DNA from: Candidatus Lloydbacteria bacterium | Lineage (GTDB): Bacteria > Patescibacteriota > Minisyncoccia > Phycocordibacterales > UBA6899 | Direction of reading: 5' to 3' | NCBI GenBank assembly: GCA_043744595.1 | Contig: JAYTVK010000075.1 | Span: 1-60,096, forward strand | Length of the DNA: 60,096 nucleotides | Shown: piece after piece, positions 45,278 through 55,478 of the stretch | Position numbering within the stretch: the first letter of the stretch is position 1 | Layout: each line of letters starts with the position of its first letter | Position numbers and translations under genes: made by a program | Notes under the pieces: generated by a model | What the model was told of the DNA's origin: nothing | The model's input: the letters and a program-made list of their open reading frames with translations, nothing else | The model's database searches: none

Positions 45278-47320
45278 ATGCCAAACTTTAACCTCAAATC
45301 AGACTGGAAGCCCGCGGGCGACCAACCCAAAGCGATAGACGCGCTTGTGGGCGGTTTTGATAAGGGAATGCGTTACCAGACGCTGCTCGGCGTGACAGGC
45401 TCGGGTAAGACCTTTACAGCTGCGAATGTGATACAAAAGCTCGATAAGCCGACGCTGGTCATTGCGCACAATAAGACGCTTGCGGCCCAACTCGCTCAGG
45501 AATACCGGCAGTTCTTTCCTGATAATGCGGTGCACTACTTTGTTTCATACTACGATTACTATCAGCCGGAAGCGTATTTACCGACCACGGACACATATAT
45601 AGAGAAAGATGCGCAGATCAATGAAGAGATAGACCGTTTGCGCCATGCTTCGACGCAGGCGCTACTTTCGCGCAAAGATGTGATCATTGTCGCCTCAGTC
45701 TCATGTATCTATGGCCTCGGTTCCCCCGAAGAGTATCTCAAGGTGAATTTAAAACTCTCGAAAGGGGATAAGCTGACGCGCAATGACCTGATCAGAAAAT
45801 TAGTGAACGTGTATTTTGACCGCACCAACGCTGATCTCGCACCCGGTACCTTCCGTGGGCTCGGGAACACTCTTGAGATCATGCCGACCGGAGAAATGAT
45901 CATTCACCAGGTGACTTTTGCCGGGAACGCGATCGAGTCAATTATCAATATTGACCCGATCACTCGCGCGATCATCAAAGAAGAAGAACATGTATTCATC
46001 TTTCCCGCGAAGCATTTCGTGACGTCAGCTGATGAGCGTAAACGTGCGGTCGCAGATATCAGAATAGAACTCAAAGAGCAGCTCAAAAAATTCGATAAGG
46101 AAGGGAAGCTACTTGAAGCCGAACGATTAAAGCGACGTACCAATTATGATCTCACTATGATCGACGAGGTGGGTTACTGCAGCGGCATCGAGAATTACTC
46201 GAGACATTTCTCAGGCAAAGCCCCGGGTGAACCGCCCGATACGCTTCTGTCATACTTTCCTCACAATGCGGACGGCAGTCCGGCATTTCTTACGGTCATC
46301 GACGAATCTCATGTCTCAATTCCGCAGGTGCGTGCAATGTACGCGGGCGATCAGTCGCGCAAGAAGATGCTCGTTGAGTACGGATTTCGTCTCCCGAGTG
46401 CGCGTGACAACCGGCCGCTGACATTCGACGAGTGGGAGAAGCGCGTCGGACAGGTGCTGTTTACATCAGCTACTCCGGCTGCATTCGAGAAAGAAGTGAG
46501 CGAGCAGGTGGTCGAGCAAGTAATTCGCCCGACCGGTCTCATCGACCCTGAGATGGTGGTGCGTGGTGTGGTGGAGAAGGGAGACTACCCAGGACAAATT
46601 AAAGACTTCATTACCGAGGCGGCAATCGTCACGAAGCGTGACGAGCGTATTCTTGTCACGACGCTTACCAAGAAAATGGCGGAAGATCTCTCGAATTTTC
46701 TCAAGGAGAAGGGTATCAAGAGCGAGTACCTGCACAGTGATGTAAAGACCATGGACCGCATCAAGATCCTTACTGAATTCCGTAAGGGTAAATTCGACTG
46801 TCTTGTCGGTGTGAACCTCTTGCGCGAAGGACTCGACCTGCCTGAAGTGTCGCTTGTTGCTATTCTCGACGCAGACAAAGAAGGCTTCTTGCGCTCGGAG
46901 ACGTCACTCATTCAGACCATTGGACGTGCGGCGAGACATATCTCAGGTAGAGTGCTCTTATATGCTGATGTCATGACCGGCTCGCTCAATGCTGCTATCG
47001 GCGAGACAAATCGTCGCCGTACTATCCAGCTTGCGCACAATGCCGCAAACGGCATCACCCCGGTCTCTATTAAGAAGAAGATCCATGACATCACTGAAGA
47101 ACTCCAGAGTGTGCATGACAAGACCCTCAAAGAACTGTTGATGCTCGATAAGAAGCAGTTTGATAAAGATCCCGAGAAACTCATCAAGCAAAAAGAAAAG
47201 CAGATGAAGGCAGCCGTGAAAGAACTCGATTTTGAGACTGCAGCGCTTCTGCGTGACGAGATCCAAGTCCTCTCAGGTGCTCCGCTGCGGCCAAAAGCTG
47301 TCAGGCGCGCAAGAAAATAA
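45278..47320 (+). CDS. uvrB: Excinuclease ABC subunit B
   Basis: GVTGSGKTFT, helicase motifs, C-terminal UVR motif (ELDFETAALLRDEI). Confidence 0.95.
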   Translation: MPNFNLKSDWKPAGDQPKAIDALVGGFDKGMRYQTLLGVTGSGKTFTAANVIQKLDKPTLVIAHNKTLAAQLAQEYRQFFPDNAVHYFVSYYDYYQPEAYLPTTDTYIEKDAQINEEIDRLRHASTQALLSRKDVIIVASVSCIYGLGSPEEYLKVNLKLSKGDKLTRNDLIRKLVNVYFDRTNADLAPGTFRGLGNTLEIMPTGEMIIHQVTFAGNAIESIINIDPITRAIIKEEEHVFIFPAKHFVTSADERKRAVADIRIELKEQLKKFDKEGKLLEAERLKRRTNYDLTMIDEVGYCSGIENYSRHFSGKAPGEPPDTLLSYFPHNADGSPAFLTVIDESHVSIPQVRAMYAGDQSRKKMLVEYGFRLPSARDNRPLTFDEWEKRVGQVLFTSATPAAFEKEVSEQVVEQVIRPTGLIDPEMVVRGVVEKGDYPGQIKDFITEAAIVTKRDERILVTTLTKKMAEDLSNFLKEKGIKSEYLHSDVKTMDRIKILTEFRKGKFDCLVGVNLLREGLDLPEVSLVAILDADKEGFLRSETSLIQTIGRAARHISGRVLLYADVMTGSLNAAIGETNRRRTIQLAHNAANGITPVSIKKKIHDITEELQSVHDKTLKELLMLDKKQFDKDPEKLIKQKEKQMKAAVKELDFETAALLRDEIQVLSGAPLRPKAVRRARK

Positions 47321-47356
47321 CCCTCATTGAAGATTCTTCTGATATAATGGCGCCAT

Positions 47357-48532
47357 ATGATCGTCGCAAGTGTTGGAGTCGGCTCGGATGCTGATGCGCA
47401 TAAGGCGGGAGCAGAAGCCTCGAGCCAGGCGCTTTCAGGTCTTCCCGATAAGAAGGCAAGTATACTTTTTGTATTCGGCTCGGTCACGTACGACCAAGAC
47501 AAACTCATCGAAGGCGTGACGTCGTCTGCCCCGGGTGTATACATATTCGGCTGCTCAACCGCCGGCGAGATCTCGAGCGAAGGCTTCTCTTCAGAAAAAA
47601 GTGTCGTGGTACTCGCGGTCTATTCTGATACGGTGAAGTTTTGGGGAGCGCTCGGCAATCACCTGATCTGGAACTCCAAGCAAGCAGGAGAAGAGCTGGC
47701 AAACAAACTCGAATACGATTCTCATGGGTATGTCACCTCAGCGCTTTTATTTCTCGATATCATCGCCGGAAACGGTGACGATGCGCTCAAGGGAGTGATG
47801 GACAGGCTCGGCAGCAATTTCCCTATTTTCGGGGGAGCAGCAAGTGATGACATGTTGTTCTACGAGACATTTCAATATCTGGAGAATAAAGTCTATACCG
47901 GCTCAGTCGTAGGCCTGGGTATTTCCGGTGAGTACACTGCGGCAGGGGTCGCGATGCACGGATTTTTGCCTATCGGTATCGAGCGTATCGTGACCCGCTC
48001 TGAGGGCACCACGCTCTACGAACTCGACGGCAAGCCGGCCGCTTCCATCTATGAAGAATATTTTGGTGAGGAACATGTTTCGGAGCTGCATGAAGGACTC
48101 TTGCCGACACTTGCGGTCTCATATCCGCTCGGAATTTTTACCAACGAGTCGAATGAGGTCGTGCTGCGTCATCCTGTATTTGTCGACCAGAAGGGTGCAA
48201 TGACCTTTACTGCGCCTATTCCACTCGGAGCAGAAGTCAGACTGATGATCTCAGATATTGAACGCGGGCTTGAGGTGGCGGAGCTGGCGGCGCAAGGCGC
48301 ACTCGAGAAACTTGGAGGAAAGAAACCCAAAGCGGCAATAATTGTGAACTCGGTCGCGCGCAAGAAGATGCTCGGTATCCGTGCAGACGAAGAGATAGAG
48401 GTCATTCAGCGTGTCATCGGGCGCGATGTACCAATGGTCGGATTTTATAGCTATGCGCAGATAGGAGGGAAGATAGGTGAACAGACCCCGTTTCACAATG
48501 GATCATTACTCGTTTGGCTGCTTGCTGAATAA
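47357..48532 (+). CDS. FIST (N and C) domain sensory protein
   Basis: FGCSTAGEI, and GFYSYAQIG at the C-terminus. Extended -10 TGATATAAT lies 8 nt upstream of the ATG. Confidence 0.7.
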   Translation: MIVASVGVGSDADAHKAGAEASSQALSGLPDKKASILFVFGSVTYDQDKLIEGVTSSAPGVYIFGCSTAGEISSEGFSSEKSVVVLAVYSDTVKFWGALGNHLIWNSKQAGEELANKLEYDSHGYVTSALLFLDIIAGNGDDALKGVMDRLGSNFPIFGGAASDDMLFYETFQYLENKVYTGSVVGLGISGEYTAAGVAMHGFLPIGIERIVTRSEGTTLYELDGKPAASIYEEYFGEEHVSELHEGLLPTLAVSYPLGIFTNESNEVVLRHPVFVDQKGAMTFTAPIPLGAEVRLMISDIERGLEVAELAAQGALEKLGGKKPKAAIIVNSVARKKMLGIRADEEIEVIQRVIGRDVPMVGFYSYAQIGGKIGEQTPFHNGSLLVWLLAE

Positions 48533-48560
48533 GCACTCCATCACGTAACATGAAGCAAGC

Positions 48561-50003
48561 ATGATCACGCTATTTCAAAACGAGCATCATTCGAACACCA
48601 GACTGCAGTCGACCCGCTGGATCATTGACGCGCGCTGGTACTATGCGCTGCTTGCGTTCTTGCTCGCTATCATCACCAACGGTGACGACCCTCTCTCGCT
48701 TGGGATGCTCGCGAGTGCGTCTGCGGTCGCGGTGGTTATCGCAAGTAATCTCTTCTTCTTCCTCTATCTCAGAAAGACGCAGCTCACTATCACTGACGAG
48801 CAGCTCGATGTGCTCAATATCAGCCAGATATCCATCGACCTGTGTTTCTTCTTTGTCATCATGCTTTTCACCGGTGGCGGTATCGAAAGCATCGCACACT
48901 CATTCTTCTTTGTGCCCATCATGGTATCGATGATCTTGTTCGGTTTTCGAGGCGCGATCTCTGTCGCGGTCGTATCCGGCGTCTTGGTATTTACCACCGT
49001 ACTCTCTCATAGTGGCGTCATCCACATGCTCATCACAAAAGGAACGGATTTCACACTGACACGTGATGCGACACTTGAGCTGACCAAGGTAGGTATCTTG
49101 TTCCTGGTCTACCTCCTCTCGGGATTTTTTGGCGGGTATATCTCGAGGCTCCTGCGCGCTCGCGACATTCTCCTCCTCGAGCAGATCACCAAAGAAGAAG
49201 GACACATTAAACGACTTGAGGAACTGACCCACGAATTCGATAAGAGTGCCAAGCTCTTGGTACGCCGTGATCTCGAGCTTTCCGGAGCGAATGAGAAACT
49301 CACTCAGCTGGACAAGATGAAATCAGAGATCATCTCCGTGGTTGCGCATCAGCTCCGCACGCCACTCTCGGCTATCAAATGGACACTCAAGATCCTTCTT
49401 GATGGAGATGCAGGTGCAGTGACGCCGGAACAAAAAGATCTGCTGTCAAAAGGTTTTGAGTCAAATGAGCGCATGATAGCCCTGATCAACGACATGCTCG
49501 AAGTCGATAGGCTTGAATCGGGCAAAATTAAATATAACTTCGTGCCGGTACAGTTCGAAGAGATCGTACAAGATATGATCCGAAGTCTTCTGCCGCTTGC
49601 GACCGCAAAGAATATCCGGGTTGAATTTTCTTCACCGGTAGAACTCACGCCGAAGATCAAGCTGGATCCTGACAAAATGCGCGACCTGCTGCAAAATCTC
49701 ATCGACAATGCCATCAAGTACACCAAAAATGACAGCACGGTCGGGGTGGCGGTGTTCATGGACAATAATGAGCTTCATCTGACGGTCAAAGATACCGGCA
49801 TCGGCATCCCGGAAGACGAAAAAGACAAGATCTTCTCACGCTTCTTCCGTGCGCAGAATGCGGTGCATACCGAAACCGACGGTTCGGGACTCGGACTTTT
49901 CATTGCTCAGAGTGTGGTCAAGCGTCATGGCGGCAAGATCTGGTTCGATAGTGTTCTCAATCAGGGGACTACCTTCCATGTGCTTTTACCATTCACGTCG
50001 TAG
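48561..50003 (+). CDS. Membrane sensor histidine kinase
   Basis: About 6 TM, coiled linker, H-box SVVAHQLRTPLS, N-box NLIDNAIKY, G-boxes DTGIGI and GSGLGL. Confidence 0.85.
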   Translation: MITLFQNEHHSNTRLQSTRWIIDARWYYALLAFLLAIITNGDDPLSLGMLASASAVAVVIASNLFFFLYLRKTQLTITDEQLDVLNISQISIDLCFFFVIMLFTGGGIESIAHSFFFVPIMVSMILFGFRGAISVAVVSGVLVFTTVLSHSGVIHMLITKGTDFTLTRDATLELTKVGILFLVYLLSGFFGGYISRLLRARDILLLEQITKEEGHIKRLEELTHEFDKSAKLLVRRDLELSGANEKLTQLDKMKSEIISVVAHQLRTPLSAIKWTLKILLDGDAGAVTPEQKDLLSKGFESNERMIALINDMLEVDRLESGKIKYNFVPVQFEEIVQDMIRSLLPLATAKNIRVEFSSPVELTPKIKLDPDKMRDLLQNLIDNAIKYTKNDSTVGVAVFMDNNELHLTVKDTGIGIPEDEKDKIFSRFFRAQNAVHTETDGSGLGLFIAQSVVKRHGGKIWFDSVLNQGTTFHVLLPFTS

Positions 50004-50047
50004 AGTCATGCGCAGCCATTCGTGTTATACTAACCCGTAATCCATCT

Positions 50048-50869
50048 ATGCCTCCCTCAAGCCCCCGCAATATTCTCATACTCGTTGGTGACCCTGTTAT
50101 CGTCAATAACCTTGGCCAGATCATGAATGTGCTCGGTCTTCAGATGATCGTCGCCACGGATATGCAGAATTTCTCGACCAAGCTCCAAGAAGTGCACCCG
50201 GAGCTGGTGATCATCGATGTAGGGGTCGCTGAATTTGACGGATTCCAGATCCTTGAGTCGATACGTGCGAGTGGGACAGACTGGATACGCAATATTCCCG
50301 TGATGATAGCTTCAAACACCGGTGACTTGGTAGAAATAAGTCGCGCACTGCACCTTGGTATCAAAGATTATTTTGTGAAATCATCATTCGATGCACAGCA
50401 GGTACTTGAGAAGATCAAGAAGCACATGCCGACGACCCAATCGATAGCAGGAGCAGTCCCTCTTGCCGGAGCCCCTGCCATAAAGGTACTGATGGTCGAA
50501 GACGATAAGTTTCTGAGAGACTTGGCAGCACAGAAACTCACCAAAGAGAAACTCGATGTCACCACCGCAGTAGACGGGGAGCAAGGAATAGCACTCGCGG
50601 AGAAGATCATTCCAAATGTGATACTGCTCGATATTTTGCTTCCGGGTATTGACGGGTACGAAGTCCTGCGACGCATCCGCTCGAACCCGCTGCTTGATCA
50701 CACTCACGTTGCAATGCTCTCGAATTTTGGCCAGCGCGAAGATATTCAGAAGGCGCTTGCCGGTGGAGCGGATAATTTTCTTGTGAAAGCCAACTACACC
50801 CTCGACGAAGTAGTCGACGAAGTGAAGAAGATCATCGAAAAACCGCGTGTTGTCCCGCCTCGCGCATAA
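50048..50869 (+). CDS. Tandem receiver (REC-REC) response regulator without an output domain
   Basis: REC1 has GD in place of the DD pocket but retains IIDVGV and the conserved K. REC2 is canonical (MVEDD, LLDILLPGIDG, K in FLVKA). Confidence 0.8.
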   Translation: MPPSSPRNILILVGDPVIVNNLGQIMNVLGLQMIVATDMQNFSTKLQEVHPELVIIDVGVAEFDGFQILESIRASGTDWIRNIPVMIASNTGDLVEISRALHLGIKDYFVKSSFDAQQVLEKIKKHMPTTQSIAGAVPLAGAPAIKVLMVEDDKFLRDLAAQKLTKEKLDVTTAVDGEQGIALAEKIIPNVILLDILLPGIDGYEVLRRIRSNPLLDHTHVAMLSNFGQREDIQKALAGGADNFLVKANYTLDEVVDEVKKIIEKPRVVPPRA

Positions 50870-50989
50870 CCCGCCACGGCACCTCTTCCGGCACTCCTTG
50901 GTGTCTATTTTGATATCGTCAAAAAATGTGCTAGTATAGCCGTACTTTCCTGATATTTTCCTGTTTTTTCTTGATATTTCAATCCATAT

Positions 50990-53680
50990 ATGACCTCAAA
51001 AGACCAAAAAAACGACAATAAAAAAGGCCTGGACTCCATCATCGTCCGAGGCGCTCGTACCCACAACCTCAAGAATATTACGGTAGAAATGCCGCGCAAT
51101 AAGATGGTGGCTATCACCGGTCTCTCGGGGTCAGGCAAGTCATCGCTCGCATTTGATACGATCTTTGCTGAGGGACAGCGCCGTTATGTCGAGTCACTTT
51201 CTGCGTATGCGCGTCAGTTCCTGCATCAGATGCAAAAGCCGGATGTCGATGAGATAATCGGTCTTTCTCCGGCAATATCCATTGACCAGAAATCACACTC
51301 GTCGAATCCACGCTCGACGGTAGCGACTATCACTGAGATCTACGACTATCTGCGCGTGCTTTATGCGCGCATCGGCGTGCCTCATTGTCTTACCTGCGGT
51401 AAACCTATCAAGCGACTAACGAATGAGGAGATTATGAATTTTGTGTTTGAAAAGGTAGATGAGATAGGAAAACACGCACCGAAGGATACCGTCATGGGGG
51501 TCGAGTACTCGACGCTGAAGGTCGGCATCTATGCACCTGTCGTGCGAGGCAGAAAAGGCGAGTACTACCAGCTGCTCTACGATTTCCTTTCCAAGGGATA
51601 TACCAAAGTGCGCGTTGACGGCAAGGTAAAGAATCTACGCGACCGTATCGAGCTCACCAAGACAAAGAAGCATGATATCGAGATGCTGGTAGATGAGTTT
51701 TTCGTCTCGGAATTCAAAGACAATGAAAAGGGTGTACGCGAGCGTATCTCTGAGGCGGTCGAGCGCGGACTTGAAGAGACCGACGGCCTGGTGCTCCTTG
51801 TCATCGGTGAGGAAGAGTCGCTGGTGTCTGCAAAATTCGCTTGCCCGGACGACGGCTTCTCATATCCTGAAGTAGAGCCGCGATTATTTTCATTCAATTC
51901 TCCCTACGGTGCATGCCCTGCGTGTAATGGGCTCGGTACCAAGCACTTCTTCGGCGATGAACCGTGTGATGTCTGTCATGGCGCGAGGCTCCGCGAAGAG
52001 GCGCTGCATGTCACTATTGGTGATGCGAACGCAATACTCGAAGCTGAGGTCGCTGCAAAAAGCAAAAAGAAAGGCAAAGATGCCGCACCTCTCTATCCGC
52101 GCGGAAAGAATATTGTCGACGTGACCAATATGTCTATCGAAGAGGCGAGTGCATTCTTCAAGCAGATCGAGTTCACTCCGATGGAGAGGCAGATCTCCGC
52201 AGTGGTGATCAAAGAGATAGAATCACGTCTACGCTTCATGCTCGACGTGGGTATCGGCTACCTTACACTCGGACGCCGGGCAAACACCCTCTCAGGTGGT
52301 GAAGCGCAGCGCATCAGGCTTGCGTCACAGCTTGGTTCACGTCTGGTAGGGGCGCTGTATGTACTCGATGAGCCCACTATCGGACTCCACCAGAAAGACA
52401 ATGACCGATTAATAAAGACACTGCGCGACTTATGTGATATCGGCAATACCATTATCGTGGTCGAGCATGACGAAGATACTATTTTTGCATCCGACTACCT
52501 TATCGACATCGGGCCGGGTGCGGGTATTCACGGAGGACACGTGGTGGTCTCGGGGTACCTCGATGATCTCATTTTAGATAAAAAGAAAAAGTCGCTTACA
52601 CTTGATTATTTGCGTGGCGATGAATTGATACCGATACCCGAGAAACGACGCGACAAAGAGAAGGGTGAGCTGCAGATACGCGGCGGCAAGGCATTCAATA
52701 TCAATAACATAAACGTCGATATCCCGCTCGGGCGCATGGTGGCTATCACCGGTGTGTCCGGATCAGGTAAGTCGACGCTGATGTATGAGCTTGTTCACCG
52801 CAACCTGCAGGCGCGTTTTGATCGCAAATATCGTACCGCAAAACTCTATAACGTCTCAAGTTTTACCGGCACCGAATACCTGCACCGCACTATTCTCATC
52901 GATCAAAGTCCTATTGGACGCACCCCACGCTCGAACCCCGCGACGTATACCGGCGCATGGACATTTATACGCGACATGTTCGCAGAGACCGAAGAAGCGC
53001 GCGTGCGTGGCTGGAAGCCCTCGCGCTTTTCCTTCAATGTGAAGGGAGGTCGCTGTGAGGCATGTGAAGGCAACGGCATGATCGCAGTCGAGATGCATTT
53101 CTTGCCGACGGTATACGTGATGTGTGATGTCTGCCAAGGAAAGCGATTTCAAAAAGAAACACTTGAAGTGAAATGGAGAAAGAAAAGTATCTACGACATA
53201 TTAAAGATGACCATCGAAGAAGCGGAAGAATTCTTCAAAGATATTCCCGCCATTTCGGACCGAATGAAGTCACTCACGAGCGTTGGACTTGGCTATCTTG
53301 AACTCGGACAGAGCGCCACAACACTCTCTGGCGGTGAGGCGCAGCGTGTGAAGATCGCTTCGGAGCTGTACCGCCCACTGGAGCAGCGCACACTGTATCT
53401 CCTCGACGAGCCGACCATCGGCCTTCACTATGCGGACGTGAGAAAACTCATAGACATTCTGCAGATGCTCGTCGACAAGGGCAACAGCGTACTCCTCATC
53501 GAGCATAATCTTGATGTGATCAAATCCTGCGACTATCTTATTGATATTGGGCCTGAGGGGGGATCAGGTGGTGGAAATCTGGTGGGGAAGGGCACCCCGG
53601 AAGAACTCGCAGGCAATGCCAAGTCGCATACCGGACACTACCTTAAAAAAGTTCTGGCAAAAGGAAAGAGGGCTCATTGA
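50990..53680 (+). CDS. uvrA: Excinuclease ABC subunit A
   Basis: Two ABC modules (GLSGSGKSS; GVSGSGKST), zinc modules CxxC, LSGGEAQR twice. Confidence 0.95.
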   Translation: MTSKDQKNDNKKGLDSIIVRGARTHNLKNITVEMPRNKMVAITGLSGSGKSSLAFDTIFAEGQRRYVESLSAYARQFLHQMQKPDVDEIIGLSPAISIDQKSHSSNPRSTVATITEIYDYLRVLYARIGVPHCLTCGKPIKRLTNEEIMNFVFEKVDEIGKHAPKDTVMGVEYSTLKVGIYAPVVRGRKGEYYQLLYDFLSKGYTKVRVDGKVKNLRDRIELTKTKKHDIEMLVDEFFVSEFKDNEKGVRERISEAVERGLEETDGLVLLVIGEEESLVSAKFACPDDGFSYPEVEPRLFSFNSPYGACPACNGLGTKHFFGDEPCDVCHGARLREEALHVTIGDANAILEAEVAAKSKKKGKDAAPLYPRGKNIVDVTNMSIEEASAFFKQIEFTPMERQISAVVIKEIESRLRFMLDVGIGYLTLGRRANTLSGGEAQRIRLASQLGSRLVGALYVLDEPTIGLHQKDNDRLIKTLRDLCDIGNTIIVVEHDEDTIFASDYLIDIGPGAGIHGGHVVVSGYLDDLILDKKKKSLTLDYLRGDELIPIPEKRRDKEKGELQIRGGKAFNINNINVDIPLGRMVAITGVSGSGKSTLMYELVHRNLQARFDRKYRTAKLYNVSSFTGTEYLHRTILIDQSPIGRTPRSNPATYTGAWTFIRDMFAETEEARVRGWKPSRFSFNVKGGRCEACEGNGMIAVEMHFLPTVYVMCDVCQGKRFQKETLEVKWRKKSIYDILKMTIEEAEEFFKDIPAISDRMKSLTSVGLGYLELGQSATTLSGGEAQRVKIASELYRPLEQRTLYLLDEPTIGLHYADVRKLIDILQMLVDKGNSVLLIEHNLDVIKSCDYLIDIGPEGGSGGGNLVGKGTPEELAGNAKSHTGHYLKKVLAKGKRAH

Positions 53681-53705
53681 GCCCCCTTTTGGGATGTGTA
53701 GCACC

Positions 53706-54074
53706 TTAGTGCTTGAGTGCGACCGCGAGGTCGGTAGAGATGACGATGTCGAGGAAGTCGGTGACATAGTCAGAGACGGAAAGGAACACTCCCTGATTGC
53801 TGTAGAACCTCATCGAAGCATCGACGATGGACTTGATGGATTCGCCGACACCAAGTCCGTCGATCTTCTTACCCGACTGGGTGACCAGTGTGAAATGGGC
53901 GACAAAGAGCGAGTCGATCAGGGTGCGAAAGTCGTGCCTCCGAACGAATTCGTTGATGAACACGCGAGGATGCTTCTCGCGCATCGATTTCTGGATCCCG
54001 AGTTTCGCACCTTCGGGATACTGCATGATCGGAGTGAAACTGTCATCGCGATCTTCATGAGTGACTTGTGTCAT
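53706..54074 (-). CDS. Hypothetical protein between uvrA and uvrC
   Basis: Start taken at MTQVTHED. Intact soluble ~122-aa ORF. No family recognised. Confidence 0.4.
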   Translation of the reverse strand: MTQVTHEDRDDSFTPIMQYPEGAKLGIQKSMREKHPRVFINEFVRRHDFRTLIDSLFVAHFTLVTQSGKKIDGLGVGESIKSIVDASMRFYSNQGVFLSVSDYVTDFLDIVISTDLAVALKH

Positions 54075-54135
54075 CTGAATGCCTCCATGTAGCATTGGTG
54101 AAAGAACTATTTTATAGTAATAATAAATATAGAAT

Positions 54136-54164
54136 TTGTCAACAGTCATGGTTTACGCTAGAAT
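54136..54164 (+). promoter_or_regulatory. Promoter placing the uvrC start codon at the transcription start (leaderless)
   Basis: TTGTCA (54136-54141), 17-nt spacer, TAGAAT (54159-54164), ATG at 54171. No SD. Confidence 0.5.
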
Positions 54165-54170
54165 TGTGAA

Positions 54171-55427
54171 ATGCAGAGCGTAGAACTGACAAAACTGAAG
54201 CTTCCGGACAAGCCAGGGGTATATAAATTTCTCGATGAAAAATCGAAGATACTGTACATCGGCAAGGCAACATCGCTCAAAGACCGGGTGAGGAGCTACT
54301 TTGCCAATGACCTCCTGCATACCCGCGGCAAACACATCGTCGACATGGTGACACTCGCCAAGACGGTCAAATATATCACGACCGACTCAGCGCTTGAGGC
54401 ACTCATACTTGAGGCAGCACTGATTAAGGAAGTTCAGCCACTCTTTAATACAAAGGAAAAAGACAATAAGAGTTTCAATTATGTGGTCGCGACCAATGAA
54501 CCGTTTCCGCGCGTCTTGGTCGTTCGTGAGCGCACCATGCTTTCGGGCGTCGGTGATACTGATGGTGTGTATAAGTATGCGTTTGGGCCATTTCCCGGTG
54601 GCAGCAATCTCCAAGAGGCACTCAAGATTATCAGAAAGATATTTCCGTTCAGAGATAGATGTGAGCCAGCAGAAAAAGAGAAAGCTGGAAAGCCTTGTTT
54701 CAACCGACAGATAGGGTTGTGTCCGGGGGTGTGCTCGGGAGAAGTGTCCGTGAAGGAATACGACGAGATCTTGCGCAATATCAAACTGTTCTTCGACGGA
54801 AAAAAAGCCATGGTGATGAAGCGCCTTAAGTCATCGATGCAGGAACACGCAAAGCGCTATGAATTCGAAAAAGCTGGTGAATACAAGAAGATGATATTCG
54901 CGCTGCAGCACATCAAAGACGTATCACTCCTTGACGAAGAGGTCAGAGAAATATCACAGCGTTCATCCCGTAAGCGTGCTCGTGCGTATCGTATCGAAGC
55001 GTATGATATCGCGCATATTTCCGGTAAATACACGGTCGGCGTGATGGTGGTCGTCGAAGACGGGCAGCCCAAGAAGAGCGACTATCGTAAATTCAAGATC
55101 CGTATCGAAAGTGAAAAGAGTGACGACACGCTGCATCTTGAAGAGGTACTCATGAGGCGTTTCAATCATAAAGAGTGGCAGAAGCCGGACATGATGGTGA
55201 TAGACGGCGGTGTGGCGCAGAAACGCCGGGCTGAGAAGGTCATGAAGGAGCTGGGAATTACCACCGAAATTGTCAGCGTTGTGAAAGATAACCGTCATAA
55301 GCCTAAAGCCATTATGGGGAATAAAGAGCTGATCGAGTCATATAAGCGCGGAATTCTGGTTGCCAATGCAGAGTCACATCGATTTGCAGTGCTTTATCAT
55401 CGTCAATTGCGCGAAAAGTTCAGATGA
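54171..55427 (+). CDS. uvrC: Excinuclease ABC subunit C, compact form lacking the C-terminal (HhH)2 domain
   Basis: GIY-YIG (PGVYKFLD..ILYIGKA), UVR motif (YEFEKAGEYKKMIFALQ), RNase-H-like nuclease domain (RIEAYDIAHISG). Ends at 418 aa. Confidence 0.85.
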   Translation: MQSVELTKLKLPDKPGVYKFLDEKSKILYIGKATSLKDRVRSYFANDLLHTRGKHIVDMVTLAKTVKYITTDSALEALILEAALIKEVQPLFNTKEKDNKSFNYVVATNEPFPRVLVVRERTMLSGVGDTDGVYKYAFGPFPGGSNLQEALKIIRKIFPFRDRCEPAEKEKAGKPCFNRQIGLCPGVCSGEVSVKEYDEILRNIKLFFDGKKAMVMKRLKSSMQEHAKRYEFEKAGEYKKMIFALQHIKDVSLLDEEVREISQRSSRKRARAYRIEAYDIAHISGKYTVGVMVVVEDGQPKKSDYRKFKIRIESEKSDDTLHLEEVLMRRFNHKEWQKPDMMVIDGGVAQKRRAEKVMKELGITTEIVSVVKDNRHKPKAIMGNKELIESYKRGILVANAESHRFAVLYHRQLREKFR

Positions 55428-55478
55428 TACTGTGTACAGCGCTGACTTTTTTAGCTCACTCTGAGTTATAATGATGAC

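Noticed and set aside
46912-47544. The 210-aa minus-strand ORF spanning the uvrB 3' end and the FIST 5' end. Similar long antisense ORFs include 39032..39538, 40407..40892, 9622..10122, 19129..19629, 12390..12782 and 49349..49765.
   Set aside because: All of them lie opposite genes with strong family motifs, have low-complexity Ser/Arg/Cys-rich translations, and lack SD or promoter context. They are shadow ORFs.
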